A stretch of DNA of 64,000 bases from an uncultured Verrucomicrobiota bacterium (GTDB lineage: Bacteria; Verrucomicrobiota; Kiritimatiellia; RFP12; UBA1067): assembly GCA_946055075.1 (NCBI GenBank), contig CAMGEN010000004.1, positions 3,522-67,521 on the forward strand. The letters run 5' to 3'. The notes below the pieces were generated by a model, which saw only the letters and a list, made by a program, of their open reading frames with translations, was not told the origin of the DNA and did not search any database. Within the stretch, counting starts at the first letter, position 1; every line of letters starts with the position of its first letter. The translations under genes and the position numbers were made by a program. Of the stretch, positions 44,663 to 52,872 are shown piece by piece.

Positions 44663-45295
44663 TTCCCGATTGCAATCTTGATTTCGCTGGCGGTCCATCT
44701 GTTGATCGGACTTGCCATCTGGGGGTATATGGAATATGCTCCTTCACCTGATGTTCTTGCGACCCTCGATCTTTCCAGCGTCGAACTGTCCTTTGCGGAG
44801 GAAGAAGACGATTCCGCGGCGATTCTGCCGCAGCCGTCGGTTTCGACTCCTTCGCAAACGGAACCAGAAAGACCTCCGGTGCCTAAGATCGCGGAAACGC
44901 CCGAGCCGTTACTGTCTATTCCCGATGCGGTCGAAATCCCTAAGCCCGTTGAAAAGCCGACCCTCCCGGCATTCCGCGCCCCGCACCCTGCACCTGTCAC
45001 TCCAGCACCCGTCCAGGCCCGCGTCGATGCGCCTCCGCGTCCGAAGCGTGCGATTAGACCGGACTATCCGAAGGGCTCGCGCCAGCGAGGCGAGCAGGGC
45101 GATGTTGTTGTTGAGATGATGGTGAATCCGCAAGGCGAGGTCGATGAGGCGACGGTAGTGTCTTCGAGCGGATTCGTGGAGCTTGACGAAGCCGCGCTCC
45201 GCGCGGTCCGTTTCGCGAAGTTCACGCCAGCAAGATCCAGTGGCGAGACCGTCGCCTCCATTGCCCGCATTACCCTGGCCTTTAAGCTTAAGTGA
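44642..45295 (+). CDS. TonB-family energy transducer
   Basis: N-terminal TM segment, a Pro-rich linker, and the C-terminal TonB domain RPDYPKGSRQRGEQGDVVVEMMVNPQGEV...AALRAVRFAKFTPA. TTG start, either 44642 or 44657. Confidence 0.75.
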   Translation: MGVEKLRFPIAILISLAVHLLIGLAIWGYMEYAPSPDVLATLDLSSVELSFAEEEDDSAAILPQPSVSTPSQTEPERPPVPKIAETPEPLLSIPDAVEIPKPVEKPTLPAFRAPHPAPVTPAPVQARVDAPPRPKRAIRPDYPKGSRQRGEQGDVVVEMMVNPQGEVDEATVVSSSGFVELDEAALRAVRFAKFTPARSSGETVASIARITLAFKLK

Positions 45296-45342
45296 GCCCT
45301 GACGAACTGGTCTTGTGATATGGACCGCCGCGCATTGTTTTG

Positions 45343-45351
45343 TGGTATAAT
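45343..45351 (+). promoter_or_regulatory. Extended -10 box TGgTATAAT, 6 nt before the ATG (leaderless geometry)
   Basis: tggtataat-gagggc-ATG(45358). Confidence 0.55.
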
Positions 45352-45357
45352 GAGGGC

Positions 45358-46632
45358 ATGAATAATGCGGTAGTATATGTGCTCGGGGCGGTGGCGCTCG
45401 GCGTCATTGGACTGTTTGTCTTCGTATGGCGGAAAATGGCGGGTGACATGGAGTCTCTTCGGACTGATCTGATGGAGGCGCAGAAACAACTGGAAATCGA
45501 ACGTGCGCTGCGCCAGCAAGAGTTCGTTGAGGGTGAGGAGCGTGCCAAAGAGCGCGAGGCGTCCCTTAAGGAACTGATGAGCGCTACCGTCTCCGGTGCT
45601 ATTGAGAAGTTTAAGACCGCTTCTGGTGAACAGCTCAGGTCTAATGGCGCGGAGTTCGCCGAGTTCTCGAAGAAGAGCCTTGCCGATATCCTGGATCCGC
45701 TGAAGCAGCGCATCAGGGAGTACGACGAACGGGCTGACAAGGTTCATCAGGGCAATACTACGCTCGGTGCGGAGCTAAAGGGCTACGTGCGGACGATTAT
45801 GGACTCCGCGACGAAGATCCAGAGCGAGACGACAGGATTCCGTAACGACCTTAAGTTCAACAACAAGTTCCAGGGAGACTTCGGCGAAGCTCGCCTTGAG
45901 CTGGTGCTGGATCGTTGTGGTTTCGTCAAGGGCGAGGACTATGTGATGCAGAGCGGCAGCGATGATAAGATTCCCGACTGCCAGCTTTTTGACCACCTGA
46001 CGAAGAAGGTGATCGTAATCGATTCGAAGATGTCGTGGAAGAATTATGTCGAAGGGTTCGCTTCCGAAAATCCGGAAGCGCGTGCCAAGGCGCTGGATGA
46101 ACATGTCAAAAGCGTCCGTAAACAGATCGACAACCTCGCCGGTAAGCGGTATCCCGAGAAGAAGCTTGACAAGGAAGGCTATTCCTACGCACCGTTCACG
46201 ATTATGTTTATTCCTAGCGACGGGGCGTTGGTCACGGCGCTCGAGAAGGACTGCACGCTGCTGCAGTACGCGTCCGAAAGAAACGTCTATATCACCTCTC
46301 CGCTCAACTTGTTCAACCTCCTGAAGTTGTTGAAGACATGCCTCGGTAACTTTGATTTCGCCGAGAATTTGAAGGACATCGCGAACGAGGCTAGGAATGT
46401 CGTCGACAGGATTGATTCGTTGTTTTCGGAATTCGAGGACCTCGGAACGAACTTGACGAAGGCGCGATCGGCCTATGACAAGGTCTTGAAACGGTTGACC
46501 GACGGCTCGCCAGATAACAAGAGCAGTGTTCTGAAGTCCGCGAACAAGATGATTGCCCTTAGCGTTAAGCACGATAAGTTGAAATCTAAGACGATGACCT
46601 CGGTGAACCCGGAGCTGATTGGCGGCGTTTAA
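45358..46632 (+). CDS. rmuC: DNA recombination protein RmuC
   Basis: N-terminal TM segment and coiled-coil. GDFGEARLELVL, PDCQLF, VIDSK and FIPSDGAL motifs are typical of RmuC. Confidence 0.75.
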   Translation: MNNAVVYVLGAVALGVIGLFVFVWRKMAGDMESLRTDLMEAQKQLEIERALRQQEFVEGEERAKEREASLKELMSATVSGAIEKFKTASGEQLRSNGAEFAEFSKKSLADILDPLKQRIREYDERADKVHQGNTTLGAELKGYVRTIMDSATKIQSETTGFRNDLKFNNKFQGDFGEARLELVLDRCGFVKGEDYVMQSGSDDKIPDCQLFDHLTKKVIVIDSKMSWKNYVEGFASENPEARAKALDEHVKSVRKQIDNLAGKRYPEKKLDKEGYSYAPFTIMFIPSDGALVTALEKDCTLLQYASERNVYITSPLNLFNLLKLLKTCLGNFDFAENLKDIANEARNVVDRIDSLFSEFEDLGTNLTKARSAYDKVLKRLTDGSPDNKSSVLKSANKMIALSVKHDKLKSKTMTSVNPELIGGV

Positions 46633-46641
46633 CCGGGTTGT

Positions 46642-48759
46642 ATGAATATAATCGCGCTTTTTGCCGCCGTGGCGGTGGTCTCGACGAATAACGTTGCGGA
46701 CCTCGGAACGGTATTGGTCGAAGGAAGTGCGCTTTCGAAGTATCGCCCCGAAAAGGTTGAAGGCGGGACCTTTACCAGCGAGGCGCCGGAAAACCTTCCG
46801 TGTGTCGTCGACACGTTGACCGAAGATTTCATCCGCGAGAAGAATCCTACTGACCTTAATGATCTCCTTCGTTGGATTCCCGGTGTTGAGACCGGCGGCA
46901 CTTCGCTACTGGTTCGTCAGCCCGGACTCTTCTCTGTGCGCGGTATGGGCGGTACCGAACCGGCGTTGGATGGTGTGATTCCAGTGGGACGCGGCGCGGG
47001 GCTCTTCTTGGATCCGGCGATGATGGAGCGCGTCGAGGTGGTGAAGGGTCCGATGGCTTCCCTCACCGGCGGCGCTGGCGCCCAACAGAACAACAACGGC
47101 GCGGGCGGTTCGATTAACATGTACCTGAAGGGCGCGCATCTTCGTGATAGTGAACGGCTGTTCTCGGAGCAGACCTCGGTGGGACGAAACACCTGGCGAC
47201 AGCGCGCGATGGTCGACGCGAACAAGGTGATCGTGGACGACAAGTTTGCGATCCGGCTCCCCGCGGCGTTCGACATCTATTCGCCCGCATACGCGAACTG
47301 CGGCGAGCAAGATGGGGCGCGTCCGCGCGAACAGTACACCGTCGCTCCGTCGTTCGTCTGGAAACCATCCGATAAGGTCTCCTTCGGAGTCAAGACGTTG
47401 TTCGTTTCGTCCGATTCCCCTTCGTATATTGGTATCCCGATGTGGAACGGCAGGCCCGCCGGCGGTTTCAGCTGGCATGAGTCGTCCTGCCGTAAGGACG
47501 ACCGTTCGAAGTATATGGGGATGATGGTCAATCCCTGGCTAGACTGGCAGGTGACGGACGACTGGCTGCTGAAGTTTGGCGGTGCTTTCATTTATTCGCA
47601 CATGGAGCAGTCGAGTCGCGAACCCTATACTGGAACGGGCGCAGAGCTGACGGAATTCCTTAGGACAGGACTTTGGTCATCTGGCAACAAGTATCAGGTG
47701 ACAAATTTCTCTGAAAGTAGGCTGTTTCAGAAGAGCTTTAATCTTTATGTTCGTTCCGTTTACACGAAGGAAGATCTTCCTTGGGGACTCGGGAACACTT
47801 TTCTCGTACAGCCGGATTACTATTACCGTGATTCATCTGGATCGTTCGGCATTCCGACATCACGTTATGGGGTTTCGTTTCAGGATTCAGTTAGATGGAA
47901 GTGGGTCTCGCTGCTTGCCGGAGTCCGCTACGACCATTTTGAGGAAAGCAGTGGTTTAGGTAAGGTTACGATAAATCATATCGGCAGGTATGTGAATTTC
48001 CCGTCCGCTGCAGTTGACGCTTGGTCCCCACGCGTTGGACTTACGGTGAAGCCGTTGGACTGGCTTGTCTTTTTCGCAAACTGTTCCGAAACTGTGACGC
48101 CGACGCTTGGGTACTATACGGTAGATGGACGGCGTCCCGAAGATCCATGGACGGCTATGCAGTATGAAGGCGGATTCCGGGTGTGTCCGGTTGAGGCGCT
48201 ATGGCTCTCCGCGTCATATTACCACATCGATCAGAAGAATATGCCGCGGATGGAGAGCGATTACACGGCCTACTACTTTGACGGACACAATTCGTCCGAG
48301 GGTGTGGAGCTTTCGCTGGCGGGTGACATCACCAAGAACTGGACAGTCATGGCTATGTATAATTATAATTTTTACGAGGATCACACCAAGACAGGCAAGG
48401 CGCGTGAATTCGCCCGCACTCCACGCAACGTCATTTCGCTTAATACGTCGTATCGCCTTCATGGCTGGGAATGGGTCGAAGATGTTGTCGTCAGCTTGGG
48501 CTATCGTTATAAGTCTATGGCGTACGGCTGTATGCGCGGAACCTATCAGCATGAGGAGTTTCATTGGAACGCGAGTCATGTCTTCGATGTAAACGTGACG
48601 ATCCCTTTCTTGAAGTTCGGCGGACCTGAAGGCTGGTATCTCACGCTCGGTATCCGCAATCTCTTCAATGAGAACTACATCGACACCTCCCGTCACTGGT
48701 ACGAGTGCTTCGTTGGCGATCCCCGCACCTTCGAGATCGGCATCCGTGGAAAATTCTGA
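46642..48759 (+). CDS. TonB-dependent outer-membrane receptor
   Basis: Plug-like DLNDLLRWIPGV..GGTS..VRG and RVEVVKGP. Long beta-rich body. C-terminal ...FEIGIRGKF ending in Phe. Confidence 0.8.
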   Translation: MNIIALFAAVAVVSTNNVADLGTVLVEGSALSKYRPEKVEGGTFTSEAPENLPCVVDTLTEDFIREKNPTDLNDLLRWIPGVETGGTSLLVRQPGLFSVRGMGGTEPALDGVIPVGRGAGLFLDPAMMERVEVVKGPMASLTGGAGAQQNNNGAGGSINMYLKGAHLRDSERLFSEQTSVGRNTWRQRAMVDANKVIVDDKFAIRLPAAFDIYSPAYANCGEQDGARPREQYTVAPSFVWKPSDKVSFGVKTLFVSSDSPSYIGIPMWNGRPAGGFSWHESSCRKDDRSKYMGMMVNPWLDWQVTDDWLLKFGGAFIYSHMEQSSREPYTGTGAELTEFLRTGLWSSGNKYQVTNFSESRLFQKSFNLYVRSVYTKEDLPWGLGNTFLVQPDYYYRDSSGSFGIPTSRYGVSFQDSVRWKWVSLLAGVRYDHFEESSGLGKVTINHIGRYVNFPSAAVDAWSPRVGLTVKPLDWLVFFANCSETVTPTLGYYTVDGRRPEDPWTAMQYEGGFRVCPVEALWLSASYYHIDQKNMPRMESDYTAYYFDGHNSSEGVELSLAGDITKNWTVMAMYNYNFYEDHTKTGKAREFARTPRNVISLNTSYRLHGWEWVEDVVVSLGYRYKSMAYGCMRGTYQHEEFHWNASHVFDVNVTIPFLKFGGPEGWYLTLGIRNLFNENYIDTSRHWYECFVGDPRTFEIGIRGKF

Positions 48760-48765
48760 TATAAT
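48757..48765 (+). promoter_or_regulatory. Extended -10 box TGaTATAAT whose TGA is the receptor stop codon; 6 nt before the ATG
   Basis: TGA(48757-48759)TATAAT-accaat-ATG(48772). Confidence 0.55.
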
Positions 48766-48771
48766 ACCAAT

Positions 48772-49845
48772 ATGAATAGCTTCTTGAAATCTTTGATTAT
48801 CTTACATTCTTCGCTTCTCGTTCTTCATTCTTCATTCGCATCGATTGAGGATTCCCTTGCTCGTGGTGCTGATTACCTACTTTCGAAGCAGAATGAGGAG
48901 GGCTATTGGAGCGACAGGCAGATGCCCGCGCTCACCGCGCTACCGGTCTGGGCGTTGACGGGAGGTGAAAAGGGAGCAGTGAGCAATGATCAGCTGCGGA
49001 CGGCGATTAAGAAGGGCGTTGACTACGTGCTTTCGACTCAGCGTCCGGACGGCGGATTCTACGTGCCGAAACCCGGGCGCGGCGGGTCTGGCCTCGGCAA
49101 CTATAATACGTCCGTTTGCCTTTCCGCGCTTTTCGACACCGGCATCGCGCCTACAGATGCGATGCTGAAGGCGCGCGAATACATCGCGTCCTCCCAGCTC
49201 GTTGGTGATGATACGATGGCGGGAGGTTTCGGCTATGACAGAATTTCGCGTCGTCGTTACGCCGATCTTTCCAATACCAGTTACGCGCTTTCTGCGATGG
49301 CGAAGACTGCATCGCTCGAAGAGCATCGTACGACGGGTAAAAAGGTGGATCTGGATTGGGACAAGGCGATTGCGTTCGTCGATAATCTCATAAAGAAGGA
49401 GGGGCCGGACGCAGGTGGCGCCGCTTATAACGACCGCACTCCGCAGGCCGGTAGCGAGACCAATTCGGCCGGCAAGGTCGCGCTTCGCGCCTACGGGTCG
49501 ATGACTTACGCGGCGGTGCTTTCGATGTGCGCGGCAAGGCTCGACCGCGGCGATCCGCGCGTTAGGCAGTCGCTTGAATACATGACCAAGAACTGGTCCG
49601 TGGACGAAAACCCCGGCATGGGCAATCAGGGGCTCTACTATTTCTATGACATCATGGCCCGTGCGCTTTCCGCCGCCGGTGTGGACAAGGTTGGCGAACA
49701 CGAGTGGAAGAAGGAGCTCTCGGCGAAGATGATTTCGCTTCAGAAGGCGGATGGCTCATGGAGCAATGACAACAACCGGTTCTGGGAGGCCGATCCAGTT
49801 CTCTGCACCAGCTTCGCGATGCTGGTTCTGGAGCTCTGCCGGTAA
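48772..49845 (+). CDS. Secreted prenyltransferase/squalene-oxidase repeat protein (paralogue of 43575-44615)
   Basis: Signal peptide. QNEEGYWS, QRPDGGF and QKADGSWSN repeats. Confidence 0.7.
   Translation: MNSFLKSLIILHSSLLVLHSSFASIEDSLARGADYLLSKQNEEGYWSDRQMPALTALPVWALTGGEKGAVSNDQLRTAIKKGVDYVLSTQRPDGGFYVPKPGRGGSGLGNYNTSVCLSALFDTGIAPTDAMLKAREYIASSQLVGDDTMAGGFGYDRISRRRYADLSNTSYALSAMAKTASLEEHRTTGKKVDLDWDKAIAFVDNLIKKEGPDAGGAAYNDRTPQAGSETNSAGKVALRAYGSMTYAAVLSMCAARLDRGDPRVRQSLEYMTKNWSVDENPGMGNQGLYYFYDIMARALSAAGVDKVGEHEWKKELSAKMISLQKADGSWSNDNNRFWEADPVLCTSFAMLVLELCR
48805..48839. repeat. Heptamer array CATTCTT CGCTTCT CGTTCTT CATTCTT CATTCGC in the signal-peptide coding region
   Basis: Read directly. 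Encodes LHSSLLVLHSSFA (7-aa periodicity). Confidence 0.8.
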
Positions 49846-49857
49846 CAGGGGTTAAAC

Positions 49858-50580
49858 ATGAAAGCGTTAAAGGCATCTGGTGTTGGTTATAAGTACGGTG
49901 AACAGGAGGTTCTGAAGGACTTCGAGCTCGAACTCGATGCCGGCGATTTCGTCGCGCTGATGGGTCCGTCGGGGAGCGGCAAGTCCACGTTCCTCCATCT
50001 CGCCGCCGGACTTCTCCAGTGCCAGTCCGGCGTAATTGAGATCGGTGGTGAAAACATCGCCGCGATGAGCGACACCAAGGCGACAATTTTCCGCCGTCGC
50101 CACGAAGGCGTGATCTTCCAGTCCTTCAACCTGATGGAGAATCTGACGGTCGAGAAGAACATCGCGCTGCCGTTGAAGCTGGATGGGAAGTTGAAGTGTG
50201 AAGTTGAAGAGCGGATGGAAGAGCTGTTGAAACTGTTGGGACTGGAAGGGAAGGCTCAGCGGTTGCCGCGGGAACTGAGCGGCGGCGAACAGCAGCGCGT
50301 CGCGATTGCGCGGGCGTTATTCGCGAAGCCCGAGGTGGTGCTGGCGGACGAGCCGACCGGCAATCTCGACGCGAAGTCTTCGAAGGCGATTTGCGAGCTT
50401 CTCAAGGAAGTCAATAAGTCCGAACGAAGCGCAATCCTCCTCGTCACTCACGATCCTCAGGTCGCGGCTGCGGCGAAGAAGGTCGCGTTCCTCAAGGACG
50501 GTTCCATTGCTGCAATCCACGAGACCAATGGAGATGCCGAGAAAGTGTCCCACTTATATCTCGATACCTTCAGCAAATAG
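49858..50580 (+). CDS. ABC transporter ATP-binding protein (MacB/LolD type)
   Basis: [17 protein letters not shown] and [11 protein letters not shown]. Confidence 0.85.
   Translation: MKALKASGVGYKYGEQEVLKDFELELDAGDFVALMGPSGSGKSTFLHLAAGLLQCQSGVIEIGGENIAAMSDTKATIFRRRHEGVIFQSFNLMENLTVEKNIALPLKLDGKLKCEVEERMEELLKLLGLEGKAQRLPRELSGGEQQRVAIARALFAKPEVVLADEPTGNLDAKSSKAICELLKEVNKSERSAILLVTHDPQVAAAAKKVAFLKDGSIAAIHETNGDAEKVSHLYLDTFSK
50188..50209. repeat. Left arm of a 22-nt inverted repeat (AAGTTGAAGTGTGAAGTTGAAG)
   Basis: Its reverse complement occurs at 50598-50619 with 21/22 identity. Confidence 0.85.
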
Positions 50581-50597
50581 TTATCGCCATTGTTCAA

Positions 50598-50619
50598 CTT
50601 CAACTTCGCACTTCAACTT
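50598..50619. repeat. Right arm of the 22-nt inverted repeat (CTTCAACTTCGCACTTCAACTT)
   Basis: Intergenic, immediately upstream of the permease start. Confidence 0.85.
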
Positions 50620-50624
50620 TGTTC

Positions 50625-52853
50625 ATGAAGGTCCGTCATGTCTGCGCAATCCTCGGAATCGCCATCGCCGTCGGCGCGGTGGTGTTCGTCCGGTCGCTGA
50701 TCGCGACGAACGATCATCAGTCCGTCGCCGTCGCGGAGCGGCTGCTGAAGGCGCTGCCTGTCGCAACGGATGCGAAAGTCGCGACGCTGCAGCTCGACTT
50801 CCGTCCCGAAGGACATGTTCTCCAGGGGCCCCCCATGATCGCGATGATCGCGACGCGAACCGGGGAATTGGGAACGGGGAATGGTGTTATTGTCAGCAAG
50901 GCGGTCTTCGCGCAGCGGAAGGTGAAGGAGCTTCCAGGGATCGGCGAAGAGCTGACGTTGGTGGGACGCAAGGGCGCGTACAAGGTCCGGATTGCCGGAT
51001 ACCTCGACTGGGAACGTCCGGTCCGCGGATATCCCAATATGTTCATCTCGCCGGAGACCGCTGCGAAGATCGACGAGGAATGGAACGGATGGGAACCAAT
51101 GACGGCGGAAGAACTTGCGCCGATGTTCCGCAGCGATGCGGGACGTAACATGGACCGCTCTAAGCCGCTTCTTCTCTGGGCTGCGGCGCTTACCGCGCTT
51201 GCGCTCCTGCTCAATTCGCACTTCCTCATGATCGAGTCCCGCCGCAGGGAGTTAGCCACGCTGCGGATGCTCGGCATGACCCGCGGCAGGGTATGCCTGA
51301 TGATGCTGGTCGAGGCGCATGTGCTGGCGGTTATCGGAGCGGTGGCCGGGTGGTTGCTGTCCATCGTCGCGCTCTGGTTGTATGTCAAAGCCGATCCGGC
51401 GACCTTCCCGATGGGGATGGCGGTCGACCAGCGGTGCCTGGGCTGTGCCTTTGCCGGAGCGGTGCTCGTCGCCGTCATCGCGACGCTGATCGCGATGAAG
51501 AGCGCGCTCGCGGTGAAGCCGCTTGAGGCGGCCTCGAATCGTCCCCCGAAGCCCCGCCGTATCGGCATGCTCATCGCCTTCGCCTGCGGATTCGGCGCGT
51601 TTGTCGCGGTCGAGGTCTGGGGCTGCTCGCTCACCAAGCCGTTCATTCCGTCAATAGAGTGGCCGGACGCGATCATCTCGATTCTCCCCGGGGGCGTTTC
51701 GAGCTTCGATATCGAGAAGTTGCAGAAGCTTCCCGGTGTAAAGAAGATCGCTGAACTCCAGCCGCTGCAGGTGAATCTTGATCCGCTGGAGGAGTTGAAG
51801 GGGCCAGTCAGTGAAGAAGGAAGAGTGAAGAGTGAAGAGTTGCGGAAGAAGAATTCTTCAAAGGGGGGATTCGGTGGACGCGGAAAGCAGTATCGCAATG
51901 CGCTGTTGCTTGCGTCCGACTGGCTCCCGGATTTTAAACTGTCCGCTGTACCACTACCACTTCCCACTACCACTCTCGCCGAGGAATTGCAAAAAGGCGA
52001 CAACTGTATCGTCACCGAAATGATGGCTCGCGCTCACGGATGGAAGGTCGGGGATTTCGTGAAGCTGGATTGCGGACGCAACCTCAAGATGGCGCTCAAG
52101 ATCATCGGCATCGTCGATCTTAACTGGCACATGGTGACGTCGCGCGGACTGGTCCGTGGACTGAACCGGATGCCGGTGAACACCGACGGACCGGTCTTCG
52201 TCTCTTTCGACACGCTCGCCGCGTGCGATGCGCGTCCGCAGGAGTTCGTCCATATGACGCATCTGTGGCTCAGCTACGAGCCGGAATTCCTTGCGAAGCA
52301 CGGTCCGTTCCCTGCGGGACGCATCGTCGAGAAGGAGATTGTCGAGGCGCTCGGCGGAGCGTATCGCGCGGATAAGGACGGAGAGGTGCATGGTAATACG
52401 GTGCGGCTGCATTCTCGCGACGAGATCGCGGATGGCACGCTCGCGCACGGCAATCAGCTCGTCGGCGCGATGGCGCGGGTTCCGTTCATCTTCATCGCGG
52501 TGATTTCACTCGGCTTCATCGCGATGCTGGTCGCGTCCGCCGATGCCCGTCGTCGCGAGTTCGTGACGCTCCATGCGGTCGGTGCGACCAAGGCGTATCT
52601 TGCGATGCAGTTGGTGTACGAGGCGCTGAAGGTCGCGCTCTGGGGTGTCGCGCTGGGAGCCGCTGGTGGGGCGCTCGCGGGATGGCTCTTCACCACCGGA
52701 ACGCGTGCGGCGATGTCTAATTGGGGCCTTCCCGCCGCCTTTGATTTTCCTGCTGTCGTGATTATCGAGGGGGCTCTCGGCGCGCTCGTCTTCGCGCTCG
52801 TCGTCGCGGTGCCTGCATCGATGGTGATAATCTCCCGCGCCTTTCGACGTTGA
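50625..52853 (+). CDS. ABC transporter permease with two FtsX-like modules (MacB/LolE type)
   Basis: RRRELATLRMLGMTRGRV and RRREFVTLHAVGATKAYL FtsX hallmark segments, each followed by TM clusters. Large extracytoplasmic domains. Confidence 0.75.
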   Translation: MKVRHVCAILGIAIAVGAVVFVRSLIATNDHQSVAVAERLLKALPVATDAKVATLQLDFRPEGHVLQGPPMIAMIATRTGELGTGNGVIVSKAVFAQRKVKELPGIGEELTLVGRKGAYKVRIAGYLDWERPVRGYPNMFISPETAAKIDEEWNGWEPMTAEELAPMFRSDAGRNMDRSKPLLLWAAALTALALLLNSHFLMIESRRRELATLRMLGMTRGRVCLMMLVEAHVLAVIGAVAGWLLSIVALWLYVKADPATFPMGMAVDQRCLGCAFAGAVLVAVIATLIAMKSALAVKPLEAASNRPPKPRRIGMLIAFACGFGAFVAVEVWGCSLTKPFIPSIEWPDAIISILPGGVSSFDIEKLQKLPGVKKIAELQPLQVNLDPLEELKGPVSEEGRVKSEELRKKNSSKGGFGGRGKQYRNALLLASDWLPDFKLSAVPLPLPTTTLAEELQKGDNCIVTEMMARAHGWKVGDFVKLDCGRNLKMALKIIGIVDLNWHMVTSRGLVRGLNRMPVNTDGPVFVSFDTLAACDARPQEFVHMTHLWLSYEPEFLAKHGPFPAGRIVEKEIVEALGGAYRADKDGEVHGNTVRLHSRDEIADGTLAHGNQLVGAMARVPFIFIAVISLGFIAMLVASADARRREFVTLHAVGATKAYLAMQLVYEALKVALWGVALGAAGGALAGWLFTTGTRAAMSNWGLPAAFDFPAVVIIEGALGALVFALVVAVPASMVIISRAFRR
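51811..51859. repeat. Heptamer array GTGAAGA AGGAAGA GTGAAGA GTGAAGA GTTGCGG AAGAAGA ending in the 12-nt palindrome GAAGAATTCTTC, inside the permease CDS
   Basis: Read directly. Encodes SEEGRVKSEELRKKNSS. Confidence 0.8.
51942..51977. repeat. C-rich heptamer module tccgctgtaccactaccacttcccactaccact (copy 1), inside the permease CDS
   Basis: 32/33 identical to 54096-54128. Confidence 0.9.
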
Positions 52854-52856
52854 TTT

Positions 52857-52865
52857 TGGTAGAAT
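52857..52865 (+). promoter_or_regulatory. Extended -10 box TGgTAGAAT, 7 nt before the ATG (leaderless geometry)
   Basis: tggtagaat-acaatca-ATG(52873). Confidence 0.5.
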
Positions 52866-52872
52866 ACAATCA

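Noticed and set aside
46633-46641. Riboswitch or leader upstream of the TonB-dependent receptor, and a T-box upstream of lysS (61843-61871)
   Set aside because: The gaps are only 9 nt and 29 nt, too short for any known riboswitch or T-box leader.
50188-50250. Heptamer-like stretch in the ABC ATPase read as an inserted element
   Set aside because: The encoded segment ([26 protein letters not shown]) occupies the normal position and length between the Q-loop and the signature motif of ABC ATPases. It is native sequence. Only the inverted-repeat relation to 50598 is reported.
50306-51148. 280-aa + strand ORF in an alternative frame
   Set aside because: It overlaps the ABC ATPase and permease in another frame. 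The translation is Arg/Ser-rich with no motifs.
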